Shown in pieces: positions 1 through 13,600 of a stretch of 64,000 nucleotides of DNA. A program made the position numbers and the translations under genes. Position 1 is the stretch's first letter; the number at the start of each line of letters is the position of its first letter. Under the pieces are notes generated by a model, which saw nothing but the letters and a program-made list of their open reading frames with translations, had not been told where the DNA came from and did not search any database. Source of the stretch: Ophelia neglecta (lineage: Eukaryota); NCBI GenBank assembly GCA_965285935.1, contig OZ260663.1, positions 68,200,001 through 68,264,000 on the forward strand. The letters are read 5' to 3'.

Positions 1-1409
1 TCAAAGAATAGCTCGTAATCCCATCACGCTTTGCATTCCATGGTGAAATTTGTCATTTGTGATAATTATATGGTGAATTCCAATGTGATAGCTATTTCCA
101 TCTATTTCCATGCAGGAAATACTATATTGGTTAAAGGAAGGTGCGAGTGAAGGAAAACCAATGCTTGATTGATCCCAATGGGACGAGCTTGCCCTGTACA
201 ATGGAATATAATGAATCAAACTATGACAGCCGCAGATTAGTTTCTGAGAATGATGTGTGATAATATACAGCACCTAATGTGAAACTATAAATTCCTAAAA
301 CTGGGTAACTGGAGACAAAGACAAGAGTATACGCTTCGCTCACAGGCAAGAGATCTTCTGTTTCAAGTGTTCGCTACTGTGTTTTGCTTGATTGATTGAT
401 GATTAAGTTCGATTGCCAATAGTAAAAAGGCAAAGCAAATAAAAAGTGCAGCAGGAAATGTATCACAAAAAAAGTATCAAATAGCACCGCTCATTAAAGT
501 CACATATTTATGTGGCAAAAACCAAGAAGGGTTATAAATCACACATAATACAATCCGACAATAAAGAATTTACTCCCAAATCAACCAAACTTTATAGTGC
601 CGATATTAATCGCATTAGTGGTGGTGTATAACGGGAAAGATTTATTCTCAATATTAGTCTTAGCTAAGCTTTACACATTGAAGCTACCATTTTGACTTAA
701 ACGTTGAATTTGAGATGGGAGCTTATTCCACAGAGTATAGTCCATATAAAACTCGCCTGGCCATTTTTCTAGTGACTTTTCATTGAACGATCTACTATTC
801 CTGATTTCAAATAGTTGGGCATTGATTGTTAATATTTTGAAATATTTTGGCAATATATAAAAAAGGATGATATCCATCTTTCAAAATACGCTCATTTTAA
901 TAAAATTGCAGACGTAACGCCCGATTTAATTAGTACTGCAAGAGTGACTGACACGAAGGTATTTTTTCTCTCCTAAATTAAGAATACATGAGGTCCACTT
1001 CTAGTGAAACATACGATTCATGGATCACAGCTTTTGTCGACGATGTCTTCCACAAAAAATTGTTTGACTTGGGGGAGAAAGGGAAGATTCCTGGAAAACT
1101 ACCACAACCCTATATAGAATCTGCGACATTCTCATTCAGGTGAAATGAAACAAGTCAAATACAATCATTACACTGTATTGTGAAACACATGTGTATCTGC
1201 GTGGGCTGCAAATAGTTTACACTGTTTGGATGCGCTGAGTCCATTTCCATTGTTTCCTCCTGATTATGTGGTCAAAGAGTTTCGCGTGTCCAATCTTGCG
1301 CGTTTCTCTTTATATGTAATATTTCCTGGTTACAGCCTGGATCTGTTGCCTATTACTGTTAATGGATCCTCATCACATGATGTTGAGTGCCCATCTTCGA
1401 CTATGGTCC

Positions 1410-2040
1410 TTAATAGCTTTGCTCGGGCGAGGAAAAATTTTCTTTTTTGTCGTGCCGGTGTGTCTTTTTTTGTGTCCGTGGGCAAGATCAGTAAAAACGA
1501 CTACAGGTCCGATTATAATCAGATTCAGTGAGAATGTAGCTTTGGACAAAGCTTCTAACACTCTCGCTTTTGATTGACCTACTTTCAATATGCAGGTCAG
1601 GACACTATTTTGAAGAAAAAAATCCAACCACTCTTATCTCAGCTGTTTATGGTCCGTTTTCAAAAAGAAGGGAACTATACTATTGTCAGTCAAAATTTCT
1701 TTCGATCAAAAAAATAAGAGTTGACTTATATCAATATATGTAGGTCACAGGGCCATTTTGAAAAGGTCAAATGCTCCTATCTCAGCTGTTTACGGTCCGA
1801 TTTGAAAGAGAAAGAAACCACACTGTACCCAGGCAAGTGTACTTTGGTAAACAAATGAAGGGTTGATCTACTTTGAAAACTTCAAAACGCTCATATCTAT
1901 TTGTTCATAGTCCAATTTCTTACAGAAAGAAACCAGGTTATATGAAGTCACGTTGTTCATTTATAGTGAAAGAAGCAGACGGTTGGGGAAAAATCAGCGT
2001 ATCCGACGGATACAATTGCCATGACTTCATTGTCTTCTAG
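1410..2040 (+). mobile_element. Non-autonomous Helitron/Helentron (HINE)-like element with internal ~145-bp tandem array
   Basis: GT-rich low-complexity head (gtgtgtctttttttgtgtccgt, ~1458-1480). About 3 diverged units: TTGAC(C/T)TA.. at ~1574, ~1721, ~1863 and CT(C/A)xTATCT... at ~1631, ~1774, ~1890. Perfect hairpin GTATCCG-A-CGGATAC at 1999-2013, then a CTAG|T terminus at 2037-2041. The 5' boundary is approximate. Confidence 0.6.
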
Positions 2041-2044
2041 TCTG

Positions 2045-2780
2045 CCGATTCCTCCTGGGAGCAGAATACTGGCTGCCCATTCTTGTTAATTCATTCCAGT
2101 AGAAGGCTAGAGCGTTTCCTTCCATTCCTGCTAATTCCTTTTCACTTAATACTGCATTTTGTCGCATTCCTGTTACTTGTTCATGGCCATATAGACTTAA
2201 TGCTGTTAGTAAATCCTGTCAAATGATCTTCTTGCCATAGTGCCTGACCAATTTTCATTCCTCTTTGCTGATCATACGTTGATCATATATTTATGTTGAC
2301 CATTAACGCATGAGTTTTCAACGCATGAGTACAGATTGCTTGGTATATTTTTTGTGAATACTTCCTGAATACAGACTGCTGTGTGTCTATATTTGTTGCT
2401 TGATGTCATATTACGCACGGTCTGGTGTCCCTTTCTCTTAATTACATCACACGACTGGCTGTCTAATGTCAACGTTCGGTTGGTTATTTCATGAAACAAA
2501 CCGCCGGGCTTCCGTTGGTATCAATTCCTACTAATAACAGACTACCGGGTGTCCATTCCTGTAACTTGATCCAGAAAGCATAAAGTCTGGTGTCCGATCC
2601 TGTTAATTGATCCTTAATGATGGACTGTCCATTTCTATTAATACCTTCTGATTACTGACCTCCAGATTTTCGTCTATCCCTTCAATGTTCTCCTGATGTC
2701 AGGCAGCATAGTGTCCATTCCTGTATATTTGTCCAATCACAGTGCGCACACGTTCAATCATGCCATTTCCTGTTAATTCC
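2045..2780. repeat. Highly degenerate ~42-45-bp minisatellite (core TGTCCATTCCTGTTAATT)
   Basis: The core recurs at ~2078, 2123, 2165, 2212, 2256, 2522, 2554, 2596, 2630, 2716 and 2765. Several spacings are 42-45 bp. Confidence 0.55.
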
Positions 2781-3046
2781 TATATCCTCCTCGCTTTGTT
2801 GAGATTGATCCTCTGCAATTTTGCAACAAAAGGCACAATTAGGTGCTACCCGTGGTGGTCAAAGTATTGTACTGTAATAAACTGCTCATCTAAATATTTA
2901 AACACGTATACTCAACAGGTCATTGTGCCGTATTGACCGAACAGTTAATGTGATTAAAGCTCCATAACGGGGCAATGGGCAAATCCGACTTTAGATTCTC
3001 AGCTCGTCTTTCCAGTCAATTCCAGGTTTATTCATCACGCTAACAG

Positions 3047-3326
3047 GTCACATTAACCAGCATCGATACCGTACGGTCTCCCACTTTGTTGTATAATACA
3101 TCTATAGGTTGCAATACACCCATTATATCGTGGACAAATCCAATTGTGCGCAGGTCCAACAAGATAGCTGCCCCTTTTATTTCTACGATGACGAGACTAT
3201 TACGTGTTATATGCGTACCACTGCGGAAAAGAATAGGCCTACATCCTCTGACGACCAGCATCGTTTGATGTACAAAGGACCAAATCTTTTGCGTTTCTTT
3301 GACATGTATCATGTCCCACGAGATCG
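3047..3326 (+). pseudogene. Candidate (possibly decayed) exon encoding a PAN/Apple-like Cys-containing segment
   Basis: AG at 3106-3107 and GT at 3327-3328 bound a fully open 219-bp phase-2/phase-2 segment: LQYTHYIVDKSNCAQVQQDSCPFYFYDDETITCYMR...GPNLLRFF. An alternative acceptor (ctaacag, 3046) extends the same frame across one TAA at 3094. The CA..C.F.Y......CY spacing resembles PAN/Apple, but one expected Cys is missing. Confidence 0.3.
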
Positions 3327-4510
3327 GTAATGAACGAAAGAGCGGGTCGGCCACTGAAATAAAAACCAAGAAACATATACCCCTTTACATTACATAAAAA
3401 AAACCTTCTGCCTAATCTAAGGCCGTTTGCTGCAATCTCCTCTGCACAAAAATGACATCGGCTACCGCTCACTCTCGTACCAATTTATCCCCATAGGTTT
3501 ATATATGTCATAGTATTATGTTAAAAGGGCTGCAAAAAATCGAGCAACATTTCCCCAAACTGTCAAAGCGAATGTTTGACCTAGATCGATCCGAGATTAC
3601 ATTACATCATAATAAACATATAGCTCGACAGTTGTGTATGGCGCGGTACAAACCTTAACATTTTAGTCTTCTGTTTTTAAAACTGCCTCTGTTCGTGTTA
3701 CGATGGCCAAGCTGGGCAACCATTCAATAATACATCTCTTGTTACCTTTTCGGCTGTTACGAGTTACCCAATTGACACTTAGACTAGTCGATTATGCTGA
3801 CGATTTATGCAGGCTTCATTATAATTGAGGAACGCAGATTTGCTAACTGGTTTCGGCCTGATTCCAGTGCAGTAAGACAGTTGCGAAATGTTCTGCCTTG
3901 ATATATTCAATCGCAACTGCTCCATGCAATGAAATCCTGCCACAACCAGTTGTCCCTGTCTCGGCTGCTCAGCTAGTGAGATCATGACTTAATAGGGTTG
4001 TGAAAGGATCTCCACGCGATTGTTGACATCGGTCATCACATAGGAAAGTCACGTAAGCCCTGCACAAATTGCAATCTCATGGTGCCATTTGTCTATTGTG
4101 GAGCATAATTAAAAAGCATTCCGACGAGATAGCATTTCCGTCTGTTTCCGTGCAGGAATCACTGTGTTGGTGCGTGCGAAGGAATTTGAAAGCCAAAACT
4201 TGGTTAGCCCCAAAGGAACGCGCTTGCGTTTTACAATAGAATGAGAATGTATCATCAAGCCATGACAACCGCAGTCTACCTTAGTCTTATATATGGTGTG
4301 ATTAAACACGCCATCTGACGTGAAAATATATCAATTTTGGAAATTGAGTAAACTGATGATCATGACAGGAGTAACACGGGTATCGAGTCGATGCATTAAC
4401 TGCATTGGCTGCATCCTGAAAACACGATGGCACAAGTCAGAAATGAACTGTACCCTTAAAACAGCCGGCAACGGGCAAGGCTGTTTTACGTGTATAGGCT
4501 ATGCTTATAA

Positions 4511-4792
4511 TGTGACCAGCCCTGCATGAAACTATATATAGTGAAATTATTCGAGCTCAGCAACGAAAACATTTCACAGTGAGAAGTTTTTTTTAACCAA
4601 GGGAAATACAGTTAATCGGTGCGTTCTTTTTTTATATAGTTAATGCATCCAGGTGACAGGTTTTAATTGGTTTTCAATAAACTACTGAGCTCTAAACTCA
4701 ATTTCATTAGCATCATGCAGATTTGATTGCATGATAAACATATAAACCACTGTTTGGTAAGCAAGGTCACGGAAATTTGCAAGAGGGTCACT
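4511..4792. mobile_element. Degenerate palindromic MITE (GTGACC...GGTCAC ends)
   Basis: The left end tgtgaccagccctgca pairs imperfectly with the right end tgcaagagggtcac. An internal mirrored pair is present: gagctcag (~4553) and ctgagctc (~4685). Confidence 0.35.
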
Positions 4793-6712
4793 CATTCTGA
4801 GATTGTTAGATAGATCGCTGTGAAAACATTACTTTATTTTTGTCATGTCCTCGAATTTGGTTCAAGTCATGTCACATCACATATATTCTAAAGTATGCCC
4901 CCTCATATTCAGGCCATGGATAGTATCAAATAACGGAGAAATGTGTAGCTTTCTGAATAGATTTGAATAAATTTTCATGTTGGTGCTTAAAGTTGCCGTA
5001 TGGTGCTGCACTTGAAGTATGATGTTGATCGTGGTAAACTGCATAAGCTAACACATAAAATAGAGAATTTAAACGCTTTAAACAACGCGAATCAGTATAT
5101 CATATATCAAGTCCTGGATAGTATAAGAACCATTTCAAGGAAGGTACAGGTAATGTCTTAGCACGCCATGTTAATTTATGAGCTTTTGCAAACGATTAGA
5201 TGGAATTTATTGCTCTTGATGGGAATGTTATATCGAATCAAGACGTGTCCGCGAGGTGATTATGAGGGAATATGAAGGAGGACCTGCTGCAAGTCCCACA
5301 TTGTAGAACGACAAGGATATTGAAGTCTAGGGAGATAGGCCGGACATAAACAAGTGTTATGAAAGCACCGAAGTCCACCCATCCCAAAGTCAGGCGTCGA
5401 GAGATAAAAAAAAACTTTATGTACAAATGTTCACACTGCCCCTTGGAAAGTGATAACCGATAACATTACATAAAGAAACATGCAAAGCGGTTCACAGGCT
5501 GCACGAAATGCACTAGAAGAACGCATCTTAAAACTAGCATGATATAATGTAGTACATACTTTTTGAAGCAAAATTTCAGGAGTTTGCCATGGATCAAACT
5601 ATCTGTACAGCAGAATCGTGTTCCCATTCTAAATGGTATATATCGCATATATATTAAACTGTCTATAAGGGCTTATGTGCATAGACACTCATTTAAATTC
5701 GTATATAAATATAGTATGCCGTGAGATATCCAGTTGCAATTATAATATTCATTGATATTGATTACCAAAAGTCGCCATTTTTGTAATGGAATACAATAAT
5801 CTCTATTATTCCCCATTATCCTGGTCTGTCCATGTTAAATAAACAACGCTCTCTGTGAAGTGAGTATGGCGTAGCTGGCTTTGATATTTTCGGCGCATGC
5901 AGGACTCAGAAGATGAGCGCCACCTGGAACAAGTTGGACGAGATTTTCTGTACTGATAATGTCGGGCTATGGACCTTAATAAACCTGATTTGAATTATTT
6001 GAATTTATTTTGAATGGTCTTAGGAGAGACATTTGTTCTTCGAGTGAATGTCAACAATATTTTGGCCGCTTGCGTTAACCACTATCCTGTGAAAGTTGTT
6101 ATGTTATGTTCTATAAACCTTTATTTCTAGTTATTTACCTTTGAGCAATAATTCATTATTCATATAGACCAGATGAAATAGTTTTATGATAAATAGATAA
6201 ATAGACTTATTCGATGAATGAGATATAAAAAGGGCTCTCCAGCGATTCGTACAATCGCTGAAATGTTTGCACAAGCCTGTATGTAGATAGTGTAGATTAT
6301 TGAAATGCGTTTGTGTCTATGAAGTAAGCTGAGTAGGTCCTCTCCAATCCATTATCACACATCGATTTGGACGTTGGCGGGACCTGCACAATGTTTTGTT
6401 AAAATATAATTCCCTCTGCCTGGAATGAAGCACGCACGGAGAGGGTGATCGTTAAACCGGGGGCGAGTGTCGACAACAAATAGTGGCTAGCGAAGTTCTG
6501 ACCCACGCATAGTGTGTATAGAAATTGTATCCATTGTCGGTTGGGGGTGGGGGAGGAAGGGAGATTACCAATATTTGTCATTGTCAAATGAGCTTTTCTT
6601 TTAGTTTTGAGGCATACTGAGTTGCTTTATCCAACATTAACCTAACCATTGCCTACAGCTTTCTAGGAAATCTGACCAGAGCGGAAACCTTCTAACGCTA
6701 TTTGAAGTCGAA

Positions 6713-6762
6713 ATCTTTATAGGTTATATTTGAATTCGTGATCTTTATAGGTAATATTTGAA
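6713..6762. repeat. 28-bp-period direct duplication
   Basis: atctttataggttatatttgaa (6713) and atctttataggtaatatttgaa (6741). Confidence 0.8.
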
Positions 6763-9700
6763 CTTCTGACCCCTTCGAAGCATCTCCAGGCGTACTTGCT
6801 TTCAAACGTAGTTGCAGACTACACCTAGGATAGACTTCTACTTGCCCTGCAATAATACCACTGTTCTTGCTTTAATTTTCATAATCCTACAGTAGCGATT
6901 GAGTATCTACGTCATTGGGAAAGTTGGTATAAGTATAATTACTCTAAAGTGACTTATAAGCCTAGGTTAATCTTCTGTTCTTGTCTATAGTTCAATTACT
7001 TTTGTTTGTACATGTAAGATATGTCACTGTTTTAAACGAAATACATCATATTGATCTGATCTTGTCGGTCGATGACAACTTTCAGTCAGTTCGCCATAAT
7101 AATGTAGGCCTATATCAGTAAACCTTCCGACGCCAACAATAATGTAGGACATGACATCTGAATGCCAACGAGTCTATGATTTCAGCGCAAATTGGTCTTT
7201 AGTCTTAACGGCCTCGTCATCTAGCACTCACTCCCAGCAACGGCCTGTCATGTGATATTGAGCAGACCTCTCGAAATTAGTGGCGATTGAACTTGACCCG
7301 ATAGTCCGAAAGGCACAGGTAAGTTGCCTGAGATGTTGTTGTCATCCATCTTTAGTTCTTACACTTACATTTTCTTGGATCGGGTTGGAAGAAAGAAATG
7401 CCACTTAATTAAGTTTATTGATAGGCCTATTTGGCCTGTACAGGCCCAGGTGGGAGTGTGGGTGATGATTCACTCTAGTGATTGAATAAACTACCATTCA
7501 GTACCGTATGGTAGTGCGGTAATGCCACTTCCGTTGTTTATATGCTTTATGTTTTCAATATTTGCTTGTTAGTTTGTCTCTTACATGATTGAATATCTGT
7601 CTTATGTATCTGATCCAGTTTAGTGAGCTTTTAAACGGCAACATAAGCAAATTTTATCCACGTACTGAAAACAAAGAGTTTCGTTTGGCTATTTTATTTC
7701 AAAATAGGCCTATGTATATCGACGGCCCGTTGGCATGGGACAGTGGCTCGTCAGTCGTCTGGTAAATCAGCCGATGAAATGCACTATCAGCGCCCTGTTA
7801 TTGGCGGCGAGTTATACCCGAAGTATTTTCTTCGCCTATAATCTAACAAAATGACAGACATGACTCTTGCCGCAGATGTGTTACAAAAGGAGATCCGGAG
7901 GGGGTATCTCAGTTCGATAGCCTATGTTTGTAACCACCCATGATGTTGATAGGCATATTTACTGCATGACCTTTAAACAAAGACTGCCGATAAACAAACA
8001 ACCAATGCATCAAATAAGTCCGCACCCATCGCCTGCCCTGCTTACGAAGAAGACCACGTGTTCATTCTACAAATTTACAATGCGTCGGCTTCCTTTGAAA
8101 CAAAGCTATACGTATATCAGCCTCTAGTCTTAAAGTTTAGCACAGGAATGGATTCCTTGCCATCAAAGCTAGTTCACTTGTTCCAGAAGAGTGCGAGTAC
8201 CACGTTCTTCACGAGCTAGGCAATATCCCAAGGGACTGGAATTTCTCTCTGCGTGGAACTGACGTTATATTATAGATTACAGATTAGATGTTCCAACAGC
8301 TTCCCAATGTGTTTATCAAGGGCCTGATTCGCTGCAGGCTACGTATGGTTGGTCAAGAATTCTACACACTTTTCTCTCCACTTCTATCTATATTAATGCA
8401 AATAAATGTGGATTCTCCAGCCATTCAGAATATTTTATGTATACATCGTATTTTAGGACAACTTAACTTTATGTTAAATGAAGCTTTATTTACAGGCGAA
8501 TTTAAGCGATTACTCCGATATCCTATAAAAGGATAATAATAGATTGGCCTACATTATGTCTCACATATAAAACCAAAGTGATTGTACTTCTTCTTTGATA
8601 TATGAGCAATTCGGTTCCGTACGTGATACATGTAGCAACATTCCTCAATCTTCCACCCGAGGTGTATTGAGATAGCAACAATCGGCATGCTGTTGGTTTG
8701 TAAGGCCTATTGAAAAAAGGTGTGATTTTGAGTGCAAACGTTGGTCAGATTGAGCAAACGTATAGTAGCTGTAATTTTCGGAACGAGCCATGGATTTTAG
8801 AAAAAGAACAAGCACTTTATTAGAAATTCGTCCCATTTCTTCACGCTGGTGTCAGTGGATTTCGAACTGTTCCTCTCGTCTGCTCACTAAGCCCGGTAGC
8901 AGTTCGATAGACATGCAGGCTTCATTTCAATTTGAATGTGACTCAGACTTGTTTGGCTTTATCAGGCTCAAACCGGAAACAAAAGAACGCACATATCAAC
9001 GATGCAGTCAAAGCCGCTATTCACTCACAGCAAGGGAATCAATTTTGATTTCAATGACCCACATACTTAGGTCACACGACACCCCTTGTCATATCAAAAG
9101 GCTGGTCATAAGTCTAGTGGGTATGAAAGGTTAAACTATGTCATGTCAAATCCGAATTGCATGCGTGCGGACTTATATCAGCGGAAATAGGGCTTTGGGG
9201 CAGTTTAATATAGTCGACAGAAAAGGGGCAATTTGACAACTGCAGTTATTTATGGAGAGGCGCTTCTTATCCCTATTAATAACCTTTGGAAATTGGTCAT
9301 GGATAGTACGCCTTTGATCACCGTTGTTGCACCAGAGCTTCGCCTGAAATTGGAAATTGACGATGCAATCAAAACAAGCATTTAGTCTATCCACATTTAC
9401 CCATTTCTGAACACTTTGAGGTGACCAAGCATGCCCCCTGCAGCGGCCGGCTAGTCCAAGAGCGCACAAATATTAAACCTCTACAATTGGAAAAGGGCAT
9501 TTCTGGGGAATAGAGCTGATCTAAAGTATAGAGATAACATAATTGAGACTGGTCAGTGCTCATATCTAAATTGATAACTGTAGTACTCCATCAACTTTTC
9601 TCTTCCCTAAGCTCCAATTTCCGTCTGTTGTGGCTATGGTGATATTTGATGATAAGCAGATAGGAAATCGTGTCGGTAATCGTCCACTCAACCTAATATT

Positions 9701-10210
9701 TCCCATGTGCAGCGTTGATGTTTAAAATAAATTCTGTTAAAATGAGTGCAATTTTTGCAGAATTCGCATGGGAACCATCCGATACATGCAATGATTGTGT
9801 TTCTCATTGTTATATCAGCTTGTTTCAATATTTAATGGTTTGCAATGTTTGTTTGATCATGTAAGCAATCATTGTTGGCATCTCCTCTGACACGTTCCTT
9901 CCCAAGACTGCAGCGAGCAGGCCGTAATGCTCCTGTGTGGAGTTGATGTGAATTATTCAGTATTTGCCTCAGGGCGAGTTGCTTGTGCATTATGACAAAT
10001 AGGATCCATGTTTCCGAAACACGATTCATTTTACTAATTCAAACCTGGACGACAAAGTCAATTTCATCACCAACATATTATCATAAAAACGATTCTATTT
10101 TGGGAATTTCAAACAAATATTTATAAATGTATATGTATTAGGCACATTGGTTTATGTCGTGTTTTGTTCCAGGTTCCTCGTTGACGTAACCAGTTTAAAA
10201 AAAAATTTAA

Positions 10211-10600
10211 ACCAGCCACATAAAGTCTGGAGACTTTCAGAAAAAAAGGGTTAAAATCATACGATGTTAGAAAACAGTGTGCACTAGCTACTGCTGACGC
10301 ACATATTGTCTATGTGTAATTGATGTGTTTAAAAAAAGGCTGCCTCTAATTAGTTTGCTATGTATGACGTTTGACCCATTTAAACCCGAAGGCAAGTGAC
10401 GCGTTTTGCCAGAGCACTGTGTCTCTGGGTGCCGCTAACTTCTGGTGGTGACGTCATCGCCGAAAGTAGGCCAAGCGTCATTTGCTTTCTGGGCCAATCA
10501 GCGTTCACCATGTGAGCGCGTCACACATGCATAGATTACATATTTGATGCTTCGAGGTTTTTTTTCCCCACAACTAGTCTCCAGACTTTATGCCGCTGGT
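10211..10600. mobile_element. 25-bp inverted repeat pair, probable DNA-transposon/MITE termini
   Basis: accagccacataaagtctggagact (10211-10235) matches the reverse complement of agtctccagactttatgccgctggt (10576-10600) at 23/25 positions. Confidence 0.65.
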
Positions 10601-13600
10601 ATAAAACTCAGCTTTCCTAGTTTTTGTGATAAACCAATTAAATATAAATCATAAAAAGGCATATAGTAAGCAAGAGTGGTGTACACTATTTTTCGTGGAA
10701 GAGAGTTGAGAGTGATGGTGTAATTCACAGACACTCGAGCATTGATCGCTGATTACGGTATTTTTACCTGTCCATAGGGTTTACATCCAGAAGTGTACTT
10801 TGGCATGCCTGGCATTCCGGCCATAACCAATATCTTTGGTGACCGAAAATAAGCGAGTGATGCCTCTAATGCCTTGTTGAATGGGGAATTATTCAATCTG
10901 CTTTCAATTAAGTGGCTGGTTTTTGTTATTGTGTACTTTGTCTTTTCTTTAATATAAGGTGAAAGCTTGATTCCATTTTTTCAAATTTTCTCATAACGTT
11001 CTTAACCCCCAATTCATGTTTGTCCACCTGCAAACTAAACTTAGTTTAGATTAAGAATTATGGTGAATTAGCAATCAAGAATAGTGGAGGTAGATTGGAA
11101 TCAGGGTAAGCATAAACGGAAAGCCTCATTTGTTTCACTTGAGCTTTAATTGCCATAGAGGTTATTGACACTGTACAGGCAGGGTAGGATTTACCAGACA
11201 TACAGGATACCGCCGGCAAAATATCGGGCGCAATGATTCACCCGGCATTTATGGACTCTCAACCATCCGGTCCTCGAGTCATTATACAAATGACCTCAAA
11301 GCTCTCGGATGAAACAGGCTCGAGTAATGCATTTACCAAGGCCAGGGCTGGTTTATTTTTGAACTGGGTTTTCAGTGTAAGTCCAAAAATAGATTTTCGT
11401 GGCCCGACTTTGTCGTCAAAGTAGATCAAAGATCGAGGTATAATTTAACTTGAGGAGCCTCGTCAAGCCAAGATCTTTGTATTGTTGGTCCGCCCCCCAT
11501 TTAATAAGTCCTTCCTTTCCATTTTTCATCTATTTGTGCCCAAGACTAGGATGTAGTCTGGCCTCAGTCGAATAGCGACATTTTGTTGCGGGCGCATGGA
11601 ATCGAACGCTTTGCTAATTTTCGCGGAGTGCCAGGAAGGGCATGAATCACAAGAAAGATGACACTCATTTGTTAGAAGTGTCGGAAATGGGCGAGTTTTA
11701 GGAAATTTAAAACATTTGAAGCAGGGTGTCCCAAATATAAAATGACATTTAACTGGAAAAACTGGAGCTTGATATTTCACAGGATTACTTATAAAATAAT
11801 TAGCAAAAGAGGCTTCTGTCACTTAATTTTACAGTTAAAACCAGAAGCGAAAAGCCACACACTATCTAAAGAAATTAACTGTATAGGTCTTTTCATGATG
11901 AAAAAGTGTCAGTAGAATAAGCGGCAGAAAAATAAGCTAATGCTTGTATATATGCGACTGAAGAATGACATATGTGTCAATGTCTCGCAGGTAAAAGAAT
12001 ATATTGATTACAATTTAAGAATTATCAGTCTAGGGGCCTATTAATCATTTCGTACTAGAACTATTTTGCATTTATCCCTACTTGCGATATATTTTATAAA
12101 CCACCTCAAAGCGAACATTAGGGTGCGGGTGCATGGTTGTGGGTGAAGAACGAATTTTAAAAAAATAGCCCAAATCAAAGTCAAATATAGCTATATATAG
12201 CTTTTTTATTAACGACACAAGTAAGCCAATGTCATCTAATTCGAAGTCAAACCTTGAAGCGTTAGTCGGAAACTATGGAAATAGATTTAGAATTGGAGTC
12301 ATGAATATTTTAACCAGCCTAGCCCTGGCAGGTCTCATTCCTGAGCGATATCAAGATGTTTTCCCCAGATTTGTCATATCCTAATGCTGAGCACCATTGA
12401 TCTCTATGGCAATCACTCTCACGATGCTCCTTCCTAAAAGAGCAACACTAAATTATGTGCTTGCTTTTATCTTCCATTGGCCTTTAGTTATTAACTTCCT
12501 GGGTTGGATAATAATTACAACCTTCAGATTCCTCATTTATGGTGAAATGAAAGACATCTACCGCAGAGATTACAATGCCATTTCTAAAATATTGCTTCAA
12601 GCAGACAAAACAACATTTTCCTTATGTACCTTATACGTCTTCCCATTTCAACATACTACAAAGCATGAAAAGACGTGTCGATCTTTGATCAGGTCTGCAG
12701 TTTATCTTCCATGATTTATTGGAAATCTCCGGGTGTAAGATTAGCACTTTCTGATCTAAATATATCTGATAAATATTCCAACAGTGCATTTTTCCTTTCC
12801 TCGGCATTTTAATGAAAGCCTACCCTCCCTCCTCTGTGATAATGATCAAATAAATGTCAATGTACTTTTCTCCACAGGCCTATTTCGGTAATCGGGTTTA
12901 AAGTGAGATGAGTGGGGGATGGTCCAGTATGGTTTTATCAAACTACAATGAGTAGGTTTAAAGTCAACGTGATGTAGCGTGTAAACCTGTCAACCATATA
13001 TGAACATTTATAGGCATACTTGATATCACACGTTTTCTTTAGGATAACTTTCCTCAATATTTTTTTGTCATTTTAAACAAAACACCAGTCAACATATGTT
13101 GGGTAATATTTGCCTGAGACGACATCCCACACGTGATTAGTACAGGCGGGCTGGGTTACCCGGCAAATTTACATTGAGTTAGCTCTGTGGATTTAATAAC
13201 GAAAGGAAGATGACAATAAGAATGAAAACACCAAGGAAACAAGTCCATAAAACTGCCCCTGTCGATGATATATGAGTGATCATAAGGCACCCGGGCCTTG
13301 GGTAAGCATACACCGGATACCCTGCCTTTCATTCGGTATTAGCACGGTAAGCCTCGGATTATAAGGAAGTCGTATTGGTGCAAAGGCCACATGCTCTTGC
13401 TGGATATTGGGACCATGTCGCGTGGATATCAAGTCACAGTTATATCAAATGTCGTACGTTGCGGGGATTACTATCGGGGATCAACGGACACTGCCCAGTT
13501 GTATCTAATTAACCCACTGGGAATGCTTCATGGAGATAAGGGTGCTCTCAGTAGTCGATCACCTCGAGAGGAAGAGGTCATCTGTCAGGGCGTAACGTCC

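Noticed and set aside
12360-12840. Possible LINE ORF2 linker fragment (NAEERKNALLEYLSDIF, minus strand) and a hydrophobic 105-aa plus-strand ORF
   Set aside because: Only a single weak motif, and the hydrophobicity reflects T-rich DNA.
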